DNA of 64,000 nt, taken from assembly GCA_965645245.1 (NCBI GenBank), contig OZ287069.1, positions 496,001-560,000 of the forward strand, read 5' to 3'. Positions 15,654-27,518 of this stretch are shown here, in pieces (position 1 is the stretch's first letter; each line of letters opens with the position of its first letter). This DNA is from Massalongia carnosa (lineage: Eukaryota). Position numbers and translations under genes: made by a program. A model generated the notes under the pieces. The model did no database searches. It had not been told where the DNA came from and was given only the letters and a program-made list of their open reading frames with translations.

Positions 15654-16788
15654 AATCTTTGTTGTGGTATGGCAATGGCTCTCAACTTGTTTCCTAACCA
15701 GAACGGCCATTGATCCTCAATATAGGGGAAGGCTCAACGACTAGGAAGGTCTTCGGCACCCCACACTAGGTCGCTGGCTTATTGCGCTATCTTCATGTGG
15801 GCGTCTCGGATGAAGGCTGCTTCCGAAAACGAGCAGAGCGCACGTCGGTCAACTCGCTTAGGGGCGAAAGTGTGGGGCAGGAATAGCGAGTTCTTTATAC
15901 ACAACGAGTTTTTCTATACTCAATACTATGGCATATCATAACAATTGTTAGACTAGGTTTACGGATCTTTGTGCACACACGTATCGACCGGACGAATTGC
16001 CTTGATTGACACTTGGCTATCTACAAAGGCAATTCGATGTCCCAGAATCGCAAAAGCTGGAAATACGATCCACTTGATTACCAAGCTTGGTGCCTTCAAT
16101 GCCAAGCAGCATTACCTCCCAGCCTGAATTGTATCGTGTCAAGATCTCTCGTGCATGGAGAATCGATAAAGAAAGCAATGCTCCAAAAGGGTCTAGAAGC
16201 TGGTCAGATTAACAAATCAAGCCATCTAATGGAGGGAGGCCAACTGCCTCCCGTAGTCCCCCTGATCGACGCACTGACAACGTCAAGGGTTCGTGCAAGT
16301 GAGTCAGTTGGTCAATGTATGAATCCATCCGATGTACAGAATACGGGGTACCTATGCCAAACGAAGCTGGGGGGGGAGGAAGACACAATGAGTGACATGA
16401 GGGTGAAACAAATCTATCCTTCTCTTTGGTCCCCAGACTAAAATTGATCGTGGCGATATTGCTTCCGATATATTCAAAGAATGTTTTCACTCCGAGAGAT
16501 CCCAAACAACTACGTGATCCATCTAGACCAAATTACCGACTCCCCTAATCCCCAGATTCAAGCCATGAAGGGTGCCACTTAAGTGTGAAGAGTTAAACTG
16601 ATGCATCACGACGCTTTCAATCGATACCTGCAGAGTCATGATCCGCTCAAAGCGTTTAGTAATTGAACAATCCACTCCTTGCGAGCCCAAGCTATTTACC
16701 GCTATTGAAGTGTGGAAGGCATCTTTACCCTATGTTTCCTTACTCATAACAACCCTAACCCCCGATTGTTTCGCTTTTTGTTACGTCC

Positions 16789-16832
16789 ACATCTGCATCT
16801 ACATCTGCATCTACATCTGCATCTACATCTGC
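16789..16832. repeat. 12-bp tandem repeat (ACATCTGCATCT) x3.6 just upstream of the acyl-CoA ligase ATG
   Basis: Direct reading. Confidence 0.85.
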
Positions 16833-16924
16833 TTCCAAGTCTGCATCGACTTTGGTTCCAAGCTGGTTAACCTCTTGGTATTCCATATTTCTGATTGCTT
16901 AACCCATGCCATAAGCTTGCTATC

Positions 16925-18928
16925 ATGCCTATCTCGTCTAGATGGACAGTCGACATTCCAAATATCTCTATTCCTTCTTTTCTCCTTGCTTCTCCAATTG
17001 AGCCGCTCAGTAGTGAACAAATCTTCTTGGATACAAAAAACCCTCGCACAAACTATCTCACGTTGAGTGCATACCGCCTCTGGTCTCAACGACTCGCTGC
17101 CGGTCTACGCCGCGCGGGCCTCCAAGATGGAGATCGTGTTCTGCTGTTTAGTGACAATAGCATTTTCTTTCCAGTCGTTTTCATGGGAGTAGTGATGGCA
17201 GGCGGTATCTTCACGGGTGCAAATCCTACCTACGTTGTAAGAGAATTGGCTTATCAAATCAAGGACAGCGAGGCCCTCTTCATTCTTTGTGCCGCATCTT
17301 GTCTTGATACTGGTCTTGAAGCCGCCACCCAGGCTGGGCTACCCACCAGCCAAGTTTTCCTGTTTGAGGACATTACAGAGACAGGCGCTCTAGATGAATA
17401 TCCGCTCAACTGCAACTGCAAGCATTGGTCAAATCTCTTGGCGTCCGAGGCCGAGGGGCTGCAGTTTAAGTGGAAGGACCTTACCATGTCCAACCAGTGT
17501 CATGCTACCATTGCTCTGAACTACTCCTCTGGCACGACCGGGTTTCCCAAAGGCGTCGAGATTTCGCATTATAACCTAGTAGCCAATACTCTGCAGATGG
17601 AACACAGCAGCAACCTATCAGTGGATTCGTGGCCCCCCAAAGGGCTCGATCGATGGTTATGCTTTCTCCCTTTGTACCATGCCATGGCTCAGACGACTTT
17701 CATAGCTGATGCAGTTCGGCGGCGGATTCCGGTGTACATCATGCCGAAATTTACCTATCCCGGAATGCTAGGCTACATTCAAGACTTTAAGATCACGCGC
17801 CTAGTCGTCGTACCACCCATCCTAGTGAAAATGACAAAAGACCCACGGATTAAACGCGGAGATTGGGACTTGAGTAGCGTCAAGAGCATTACCGTTGGTG
17901 CTGCTCCACTAGGTAGAGATATAGCTGATCTAGTAGAAAGACGGCTGGTGAAGGAGGGTGGGGTCTATGGGGGACCGAAATTGATTTTGACTCAAGCATA
18001 TGGCATGACCGAGTGCGTTGAAATTATTTATTGATTAACAAGTAAACTCGATATTGACGCAACAGGGCTAATAGCAATGCTAGATTAACTTGTGGAGCAA
18101 CCATGACCGTTCCTCCACATGCATCTCTACTGTCTTCTACTAACAACCATCTACCTATCAACTCCTCCAGCCTGGCCAACCCTGCCAACCCTGCCGACTC
18201 GTTCCTCACCGCGGATTCATTCCCAGTAGGGGAACTCTTGGCCAACTGCTCCGCTAAAATCATGAACGATGATTACTCCGCTGAAGTTCCCAGGGACCAC
18301 CAAGGCGAGCTCTGGGTTCGCGGTCCCGCTGTCATGAAAGGCTATTGGCGGAACGCAGTGGCCACAAAAGCGATCATTACCGACGATGGCTGGCTCATGA
18401 CGGGGGATATATGCACAGTGAACGAAAATAACAAATTTTGCATTGTCGATCGCAAAAAGGTTCGTTTCCTCTTCTATTTCGCCCTCTTCTCAAACCTATA
18501 ATTTCTCTTGCATCAAGAATCCCTAAATAATCCCCAAATGAGAAATTACCACTAATTCCCTACTTCCTCCTTAACAGGAACTTATTAAAGTCCGCGCCAC
18601 GCAAGTCGCCCCTGCGGAGTTAGAATCCCTCCTTCTAACCCATCCTTCCGTCCTCGACGCCGCCGTCATCGGTACCCTCATCGCCGGCCAGGAGCACCCT
18701 CGTGCCTTCATCGTTCCGCACCCCAACCAGCTAAAATCGCCCGTCGCGGCAGAAGAAATCATAGAATTTATGAAACAGCACACGACGCGGGTGAAGTGGA
18801 TTACAGGTGGCGTTCGGTTCGTTGAGACCCTGCCGAGGAACCCGTCAGGGAAGATCCTAAGGAGGGTGGTCAGGGAGTGGGACCGGGGTGGAAAGGACGG
18901 CGGGCAGGACGGGAGGGCGAAGTTATAG
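16925..18928 (+). CDS. 4-coumarate-CoA-ligase-like acyl-CoA synthetase (ANL superfamily) with C-terminal PTS1 (AKL); 3 exons (16925-18012, 18084-18459, 18578-18928)
   Basis: AMP-binding motif YSSGTTGFPKGV, plus QAYGMTE, GELWVRGPAVMKGYW, GWLMTGD, DRKK|ELIKV..QVAPAELE and PRNPSGKILRR. Ends ...GRAKL*. The GT-AG introns restore frame. Confidence 0.93.
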
Positions 18929-20599
18929 GGCAAAGCTATAGGGCGTTTGTTGGAATGGGCAGGGAAGGAGGAATGATGGATGAAGGGACGGGTGGGAAAG
19001 GGTGTTGCTTGGACTTTGCATGACAGGAGAGGGTCATGGGGATTTATAGATTAAAGCTCCTCCTCCTTTCGCACGGGGTTTGTCCTTGGAGATAAGAGGA
19101 GAGACGAAGGGACAAAGAAATGGATAGACGGCGGGTCAAGGGCATAAGTGGACCATTTGCTCGCACCAAGAGAGAGAGGCCCCAAGGAAACATTTTTCGA
19201 GCTTAGACAAACCAGCCAATCCCTCCTTGATCGCCCGCGCCGGATTTCGATCTTCAATCCATCCCACAGGCCTCAGCAAGCAGATAAAATGAATACCTCC
19301 CTAGACCACCTGTACCTTTCCAAGCCCCCCACTCTTCAGCTTCCAACTCGTCCCATCTCCCTCCTTCAACCAATAAAGGAGGCTACGCATAGTGGAGGTA
19401 GGGTAGGGATGTCCAGCTAAGCTAGCTATTCACGCCTTTCCCTTGAAAGAGGGAGAGGAAGAAGAAGAAGAAGAATACCTAACCCCAACTGACGGAGTTG
19501 ACTGGTTGACACCTGATTGACCGATGGTGGCCCGATCGAAGGAGTTGGCCGGCCCTGCTGGCCTCGTTTCGGGGTGGGAAAGGGACGCTAGATCGATGGA
19601 TTGATGGTTTTATTTTTAGAGGGATGGATGGAGGGAGAAGGAGAGGAAGAAGGCAGTCCGTGAGGGGGTTTGGATTTTTTATTTTGTTTTTTTTTTTTGA
19701 GTGACCACTTTACTTATCCACAATCCATACCTGGTTTGCTAAAACCCTCTTCCCCCCCGATGCCGCTTCTCTGAGATTGGAAAGGTTTGAGATGAGACGG
19801 GAGATGAAGGAGCATGTATAAATTTCAAGGGGGGGAAGGGGGTTGGCGGAGAGAGAGAGAATCTGAAGATGAGAAAGGTGGAGAATGGCGAGACAGGGGA
19901 GAAAGGGGAAAGCAGGATAGGAGAAAAAGTATAAGGACGCTTCAATACCACAATTGAAAGGGGAGTGAAAGAGTAGCGATTGACCATGGCGGTAAGTAGC
20001 TAAGGTTTGGGAAAGGGTTGTTTCTGGTGGAAAGAAGGGAGGTGCTGAGGGGTGGGAGCAGGCAGAGTGATCTTCCAAGGTGTACTTTGCGTTTTTGAGA
20101 AAGGGAGGCTATCTTGGGCTGTATTTTTATTTTTGGTTGTCTTGATGAAGGTTGGTTGGAAGGTTTTCTTTAAATTTGGTTGGTGTTTCTTGTTTCGATT
20201 GTTTTTTTGCTCCGCGTAGAAGTAAGTAAAGTAAAACTGACTGTGCCATATTATGGTACTTATGCTTGGGACAGTGGAAGACAAAGAGGGGATAAAACTG
20301 TGAGAACTAATGGTTCCCGAGGCATTATATAAACATTCACAAATCATCAAGAAGAATACCTCTAATATCTCAATCTAACAACTCGTTTCTTCTCCTAAAC
20401 TTCCAAACCGTAGATTTAACAAGGATTACTAAGTTTTGAAGCGAAGAAACGTAAAACATGGCAATATTCATTCTTGAAAAATGAGAGATCCGAACTCCAG
20501 ACACCCTTCACTGTTGGGACTAGCTCTGCGTATAGAACAATCTCGTGCGTGGTAAAAGAATATTATAGAGAATAGAAGAGGAGGTTAAGATTGTTGAGA

Positions 20600-23500
20600 A
20601 ATGAGACAACCTACTGGAAGGCATATTGGGTTTTGGTCTAAATGTATAGTCAACCAAATCGAATCCCCATCGCTGGGTAGATATAGCTGAGCAGGTAGTT
20701 TGGATAAAGGATAGCCGGATGGCAAGATTAACTGAACGGTGAACCTTGGCTGAATAAGGACTCCGTGGCTGGATGATTGGATGCTGAAAACGTTCGACAC
20801 CCGCACACTTTGACCTCAGTTGTCTGGCTGCTCAACATAACAGCAAAAAAAAACCTTGATCAGGAATAGTCTGTTTGTAAATAATATCCTCTGATGTTTT
20901 CAACACTTTTGAAACCTTGACCTTAGTTGTCCGGCTGTTCAACTAGATAGTCAATAACCTCCACTAGGATTAGCCTTTTGGAGAGTCTTCACCACTCGGA
21001 TACCTTCAGAAACTATGCTGATATTCCTGGCTCTCTCTGCCAGTAACTATATGGATGAGCATAGAGAACCAAACGATTAAAGATAAACCCAAAGGATGAT
21101 TTTTTGTGGAGGTGGAGAATGGTGATATTTTGGTGCACAACGGAGATTAGTTATGGAAAGTTATAGACTCTCAAGCCTCCTGGCGCTTAGAACCCGGTTG
21201 GAGTATTCAATCAAGCATCTAGTAGCGAAGCTAAGTTACGGCAGAGATATCTACCAGGAGACTTTGGAAAGCAAATAAAATGATAGGAGCTAGAAAAATA
21301 TTGAGGAGCTTAACACGTTATCGTGTGAGATGCTATAAAGATCGATTAAAGATTTTGCATCCGCTAGAGATTAATAGCAGGATTGATGAAAGTGATGGTC
21401 AAATATTGACAGCTGAAACGATCTTTAGTATTCTTTGATAGATAAATAGATAGATATATTCTTACGCCGATATGTCACCGGCCGAAGGCTGGCCCATGCG
21501 GGATGGACTACTATGCTACAGGAAAACCTTTAAGAGGAATAAAAACCCATTGCCAACGCTGCGCGTACGAGGTCCCAACGACCTCCAGCTGTGCTGCTCG
21601 TGTGCTTTTTCGATGAGTCCCTTGAATGAAAAGAAAATTATTGCTTGTATAGCAAGCTTGCCGATAAAGAAAATTGCGCCAAAACGCCAGCTTCGATAAT
21701 CCATCTCGTTACCTGTTTCAATGTTTTGGATGTTTCGAGTATCGTACGATACTCGTTGGTATTTATACGCCGAAATAGCTCTTGTCTTCCCGTCATTAAT
21801 GGGCAGTGCATGATTACGTGTTTGGCCGTTTGCTGGGGCCAACCACAGCTGCAGGCCGCCGTCGTCACGTTGGGAACTCGTCGTTTAAATAGAAAACTTG
21901 CCAGACCTATTTTTTCCGTGCGAATTTGGGTAGCTAACGCGCTTTCCGCTTTTGCCAGATTGTCGTGTATTTTGATTCTTCCTTTGGTTAAGGAAGCGCG
22001 CTGTGCTTCGGTGGGAAAGGGTACGCGATCTTGATATGCTTTCTAGGTTTATCTGCCATTTCGTTTTGTAATGCGCTTTTGTGCCTTTCGTGTGAGCGCT
22101 GCGACTCATCCTTACTGCATTGACTGTGAGCATGTGTTGCTCCGTAGGCGTGATTCAGGGTGGGTGCGGCGTTGGGGCTGCGGTGGGTATGGCGCTGATC
22201 ACTGTGTTTTTGGCCCATTCGTGCTTGAGCATTCCTGGGGTCGGTTTCGGCGATCTTTTCTTGCCCGCTTTTCCGCGCAACTTGCGTTCTATCTCCTTGC
22301 AGAAAGACGAGATGAGTCTCGTTTGCCCGGCGGTTCGTTGGCGATATCTCGCTTTGACTTGTAATTCTTCCAAATGCGATTCTATAGACGTCACGTGCGT
22401 TCGGTTTCCAATACTGGAATCGGGGTGGCCCGAAATGCACCCGTTATTTTGCATGACCGCCAGCTTGCTCGTCGCGGCTTTGCTTTTCCCTATTTCTTTC
22501 GGTGTGTGCCATACGGCGGATGCGTAGGTTATTGCCGGACGAACGACCGCAATATAAAACTGTCTGGCCTTCGAGAACGAGGCTCCCCATCTTTAGTATT
22601 CTTTAGCTTGGCCTAGATTAACAGTTTGATAATCTCGTCAATGTCTGATAGATTTGCTAAAATAGTTTTCCCTATGGACGTTTTCGCGATACTTTGAAAA
22701 GTATGTTAAAAATGCAACACTGATGAAAAGATATTGAATATTGAAGTTTTTTGATTTTCACATTGAGTCTTCAACATAAGACTCCCTCTTATATAAAGAT
22801 CATTTAACTAGCTATCAAGAGCAGAACAGCTCGTTGGGGTCTTGATTTATGGTAGAACGCTTTGCCATCCCTTAAAAGATCAACGCTGCTGGATACGTTC
22901 TCATTGAGACGCCGATATTCATTTTCGTCTTAATCTAGGTGCGGTAGTAAAGGATTAAACTTTGTTTGGCTACGGGACATTAAAAAAGTTCCCCGCTCAA
23001 GATGACAATAGATCTTGCCTAGTGACAGCAGCAGTTGCCGCAAAGTGGAGCTAGGTATCTCAGATGGGTCATGAATGCCATACGATGAGTATTTGGTTGT
23101 ATAGCAAATCTAAACCTTTGGATGTTTCTCCAGATGTCTGACTCATGTCGTTTGCACATCTCGTCGAGTGGTTGATTTAGAGCTCAGACCTCTCGATTCC
23201 ACGATAACGCAACGGACTTTCCTCCGTGCATGATCGAGGATAATGGTGAAGATCGAAAATTAGGTAGCCAACGGCATGCAATATCCGTACCTATCCTGAC
23301 GCCGGGCTGTCCGCCAGAGAATGCTTTTTCATGATCGGAATCTAAGGTATGGATCGAAATCTACCACTCCGGTCCGTATGCATCCCAAGTGTAGAATGGT
23401 CAGGCGGACCTGCAACTGTCTTGATAGGATCGCATATTTTAGTGCGAGTCGGAAGTCAATAACGAGGCCTTGCGCCTTGCATTCCTAAGAACCGCAGCTT

Positions 23501-24250
23501 CAACATCATTAGTTTAGCCCAACCAATCGATCTTCGAGATGAAACACGTTACAAAAACCTGTGCGATTGGTATAGAGCTGATCAGAAAATGAGGTGGTCA
23601 TAGACCAATTGAATGATGTGAATAGTTATATGATTGTTAAAGTATCTATTCACGCTGGGTAAGCTAGTAAATGAATATATGATGTCAAATCCATGCTCCC
23701 GCCATCCGTCAGCTGACAACCGTTCCGAGTGAAACCTATCATCGAAGATGGGTTTTGAGATTTAAGTTAACTCTGCACATTCAATTCAGCGGCAGGTCCT
23801 CGGTCGAAAATTCCGTACATATCCCCTAGGGCTGCATCAAACCGTGGTGCATGTGACCCCTTCAGTTGCAGCATCCGAGCTACCGCGCAGAAAGCCATCG
23901 TACCAGCTCTGACGGTAGGTAATCATCAGAAGCCAAGTCCAGTTAGCTGACAACCACTACAAGGCGAACGACTCTATAGTAATAGAAAAGCAAGGCGACT
24001 AGTGTAGATGCGCTCAGCCTTAGCGCTGTTTGGCTGCCTCACATCAGCAATTAAAGGTGGAGGAGGATTTCAAGGCAAAAATGGTTGACCCTGCAGCACA
24101 TCTGCAGCAGGGTTGCCACGCTTCCAATCTGGGGATGGATCGCATATCAATTTATCTTGTCACCATGGACTGGTGGAGGAATTGTAAAGATGATACAGCA
24201 GTCGGAGACTTCAGAGCACTTACTCATCGTGTTACCACCTCCGCGCATGA
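20600..24250 (-). pseudogene. Heavily eroded NACHT-ankyrin (fungal NLR-like) gene relic, interrupted by LINE-B; boundaries approximate
   Basis: Minus-strand peptide scraps in the expected order: VALLFYYYR (~23973-23999), QVFVTC (~23544-23561), LDEMCKRHESDI then KGLDLLYNQIL (~23087-23168), and ankyrin-like VEVIDYLVEQPDN*GQ (~20917-20964) and YVEQPDN*GQ (~20810-20839). Many stops and frameshifts; no intact P-loop. Confidence 0.4.
21437..22588 (-). mobile_element. LINE-B: 5'-truncated non-LTR retrotransposon fragment (post-RT region, CCHC knuckle, 3' UTR, (TATC)n tail)
   Basis: Peptides WGASFSKARQ, KLRGKAGKKR and CSCGWPQQTAKHVIMHC align with LINE-A. 16-bp TSD ATCTTTAGTATTCTTT at 21421-21436 and 22589-22604. 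Confidence 0.93.
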
Positions 24251-26496
24251 GCGAAAACCGCTTCTTTACTTTAAGGATGTTTAAAGTCAAGCCATTAGCT
24301 CCATAACCAATCCTTAGGCTAAGCATCTCGCAAGAACAAGTCTTGTCTATTTGATGCACGTTGAGCAAATCGGCTAAGTGAGATAAGGTGAGAATGTCAA
24401 TGGTAAACATTGATAGGTACTAAGAGTCCTAAAGAGCGTGCCGTCACCACTTCGGGACATGGCACCATAGACTCTGTTCTTACATCATTGTTCTCATGAC
24501 GCTGGCGTTGCGCGCATTTTGAAGAAAATGGCACAAATGATACGTAAATGGCAAAATTATAATTTTCCGTTATCTTGCAGATTCTCCGTCTGCAGGCTAG
24601 CACAACAAAGACTCACGGTGACAATTGAGCAGAAAGAGCTATTTCCGCCTATGTTTTCTGTCTGTTTCCACACTGATGCTGAACACTCCCTAATAGAGGC
24701 ACGCAATAAATCCACCTCCGCTTACTCTCTCTATTTCATACCTTGTACTTACTCCCACACTGAATTATTCAGCCTCACTCCCCTCTCCTCCAGCCCCCCC
24801 CCCCGGCCCCGGTCTGGCTATCAAGACCATCAAGAGCTTCTCTTTAGTCTCCTCCACTGAATGCGGGACAAATGCGATGCATTGTTGCTCTCTTTAGGTT
24901 CCTCGTACTCTTCAATATTATATCACGATGACCTATTCTTTACCTTTAGGATTACATATCTATGCTGAAATTGGTCTGGGTTAAAGATAACCTTCCTGCA
25001 GAGCGAACAAGGAGAAGCACGCTGCGAGATGAAAAGAATGGGAACGAGCTAGAGTATAGGAAACTGCATCAGGAACGGTGTTTCTGTTTAAAGTATACAA
25101 AGCTAATATGATTCAACGTTTGACAGAATAAAATCCTATTTTAAGCCTCTTTCAAATATCATTTGCTATGAACCGTGCACTCCACATATAACCAAGGTTC
25201 TGTTTTCCCGGATCAGTAGAGGATCTTGTACTTATACAAGATATGAATTAGGTAGCTCCATCCTCACTTGTTTTCATCCAAAAAAAATGTAACGTCAGTC
25301 ATTCTAAGAAATAACGAACATCATAAAATTTTGTTCCGCCATTTCAGATTTCTCAAGTGTAGTGTACAGAGTAATTAAATAGTTTTGACTGTCTTCATTC
25401 ACTGTAAGCGAGCAAAAATGTACAAAAAGTATCTTCCGTTCACCCAGAGTCGAACTGGGGACCCTTCGGTAATCATGTCATCCATTACAGCCGAATGTTA
25501 TAACCAACTAAACTATGAACGGTAGATGACCAATGTAGTCTAATAATATTATTTATTGTAATTGTAGTTTAAACCAATCATCTTTGATATTCTCAAATTA
25601 CAATTCTTGAGAGTTAGCTGCAGACACGCCAATACTATTAATGAACGTCTCTCTTATTCCTATTATCCATGTCATCTAACCAAGTAAACTATCTACATCT
25701 ACAGCTCTCTGATATTTACGAAAGTCAGATGGAGGTAAAGAATGAATTAAGTGTCGGCATAGATGCACTTGCTGTCAAAGTCTGCTTGCTCCGCCGCGCA
25801 GATAATACTCCTAGTACCACCCCCTACTTCGCTCCTTACATTCAAATTCAATAAGTGCGCTGACATGGCTCTGAGCTGGCCTTGCCGTTTTGTCGAACTT
25901 ATAAAACTACGCTTTCTGCACTATCGGTTCTGGGGGTTTCCCTGCTTACCTACGGGTGCGAAGATGGATAGCACGTACGGCTGCCGCCTTGGTAATACTA
26001 CTCTTCGACACATTACTGAAATAGGTAAATTGCATGCATCAAACAGATCCAATGGTATCTTACAAGACGCCATGGCCAAATATCCCTTACCAAATGTATC
26101 AACCCTGGGAATTTGAAACCGTTCAGGTGTTGATTGATACCCATCCATAAAAACCATTTCGACAGCCTGCAATATCGGTGTTGCCTCCTACTCAACACTC
26201 TTTCGTCTCGTAGTAAGTCTCGTAGTAATCTAAACCCACCAATAGTCTATCCTCAACCGCAATGGAATCGCAGCCGTCAGGGTTGCCAACACCCTTCATG
26301 GCTATCTACAGAGCAAAATTGTCGATAACCCCGACTACAAATGATTCGTGCCAGGGATCTATATGTTTTGATGTCATGACTATAAGCAAATAAATCAGTA
26401 TCCCATACGGAAGTTCACCCATGGAAATAAATTGTAGTGGGTGAGCAATCTGATTTCATATGGGAAGAGGCGAGAGGAATCATCACCCTAGGTTAT

Positions 26497-27518
26497 GATT
26501 GATTATTGTACCGATCTGACACCGGCCGAAGGCCGGCCCATCCGGGCTATCTACTTATTCTTACAGGGAAAACCTTTTAAAGGGATAAAAACCATGCAGA
26601 CTGCGCCATTATCCCAAACGTGTTCCGTTTCTGGACTGCATTCTTCGCTCGATGTTCTGTGAAATCCTTGACAAAATGAGAGTTCTCACTCGTATAACAG
26701 TTGCGATGCTAGTGAAAATTGGGTCAGCAAATTTGCTTTTATTATCCATGTGGTTAGTTTTTTCAATATTTTCGACGAGCTCATGATCGTTCGATAGTCG
26801 TTGGTGCCTATTTGTTTTAGCACTTCGTATCTGCCGTCGATTAGCATGCAATGTAGAATAATGTGTTTGGCTGTCTGCTTCTGCCATCCGCACGAGCAGG
26901 CCGGGGTCATAACGCCCGGTACCCGACGATTGAACAGGAAGTTTGCCAAGCCTATTTTTCGGTGCGGATTTGCGCGCTTTCCGCTTTCATCAGGTTGTTG
27001 TGAATCTTCAGTCTCGTCCTACTGAGAGATCCCAACTGTGCCTCTGTCGGGCGGGGAATGCGGTTCTGGTACGTCTTCCAATTGGAGTCCCAGCGTTCCT
27101 TGATGCGTTCTGTGGTGGCCTTTGTGTGTTTCTCTATGGTATGGCAGTCGTGGTGCATTTTTCGAGGTGCGCCGGGTCGGGTGTGGACTAGGGCGGGGGC
27201 GATGGGGGCATTGTGACTGGTGCCTCGTTAGGCATTGTGACTGGTGCCTCATTATTCAACATTTTGCTGGCCCATTCGTATTTCAACTCTCCTGGGGTGA
27301 GGTGTTGCGTTCTTTTGCGTCCTGCCTTACCCCGTAGCTTGTTCGCTATTGTGTTGCAGGCTTTGGAAATCAGTTTCGCCTGCCCTGCGGCCCGTAGACG
27401 ATACCTTGCTTTTATCTGTAGATTGTCCAGATGCAACTCCATGGGGGCGATGAAAGTTTCCGCTTCGAGAACTTCGACGGGTGTTGCCTTGAACGCCCCT
27501 GTCACGGTGCGTAAGCAT
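26497..27518 (-). mobile_element. LINE-C: 5'-truncated non-LTR retrotransposon fragment (post-RT region, CCHC knuckle, 3' UTR, short (AATC)n tail)
   Basis: Peptides CLRTVTGAFKATPVEVLEAE, NKLRGKAGRKR and CSCGWQKQTAKHIILHC align with LINE-A and LINE-B. 12-bp TSD ACCCTAGGTTAT at 26485-26496 and 27519-27530. Confidence 0.93.

Noticed and set aside
26485..26496. Telomere-like ACCCTA/TAGG(G)TT sequence in the LINE-C target site
   Set aside because: A single short match, and the other two TSDs are unrelated, so there is no evidence of telomere-repeat targeting.
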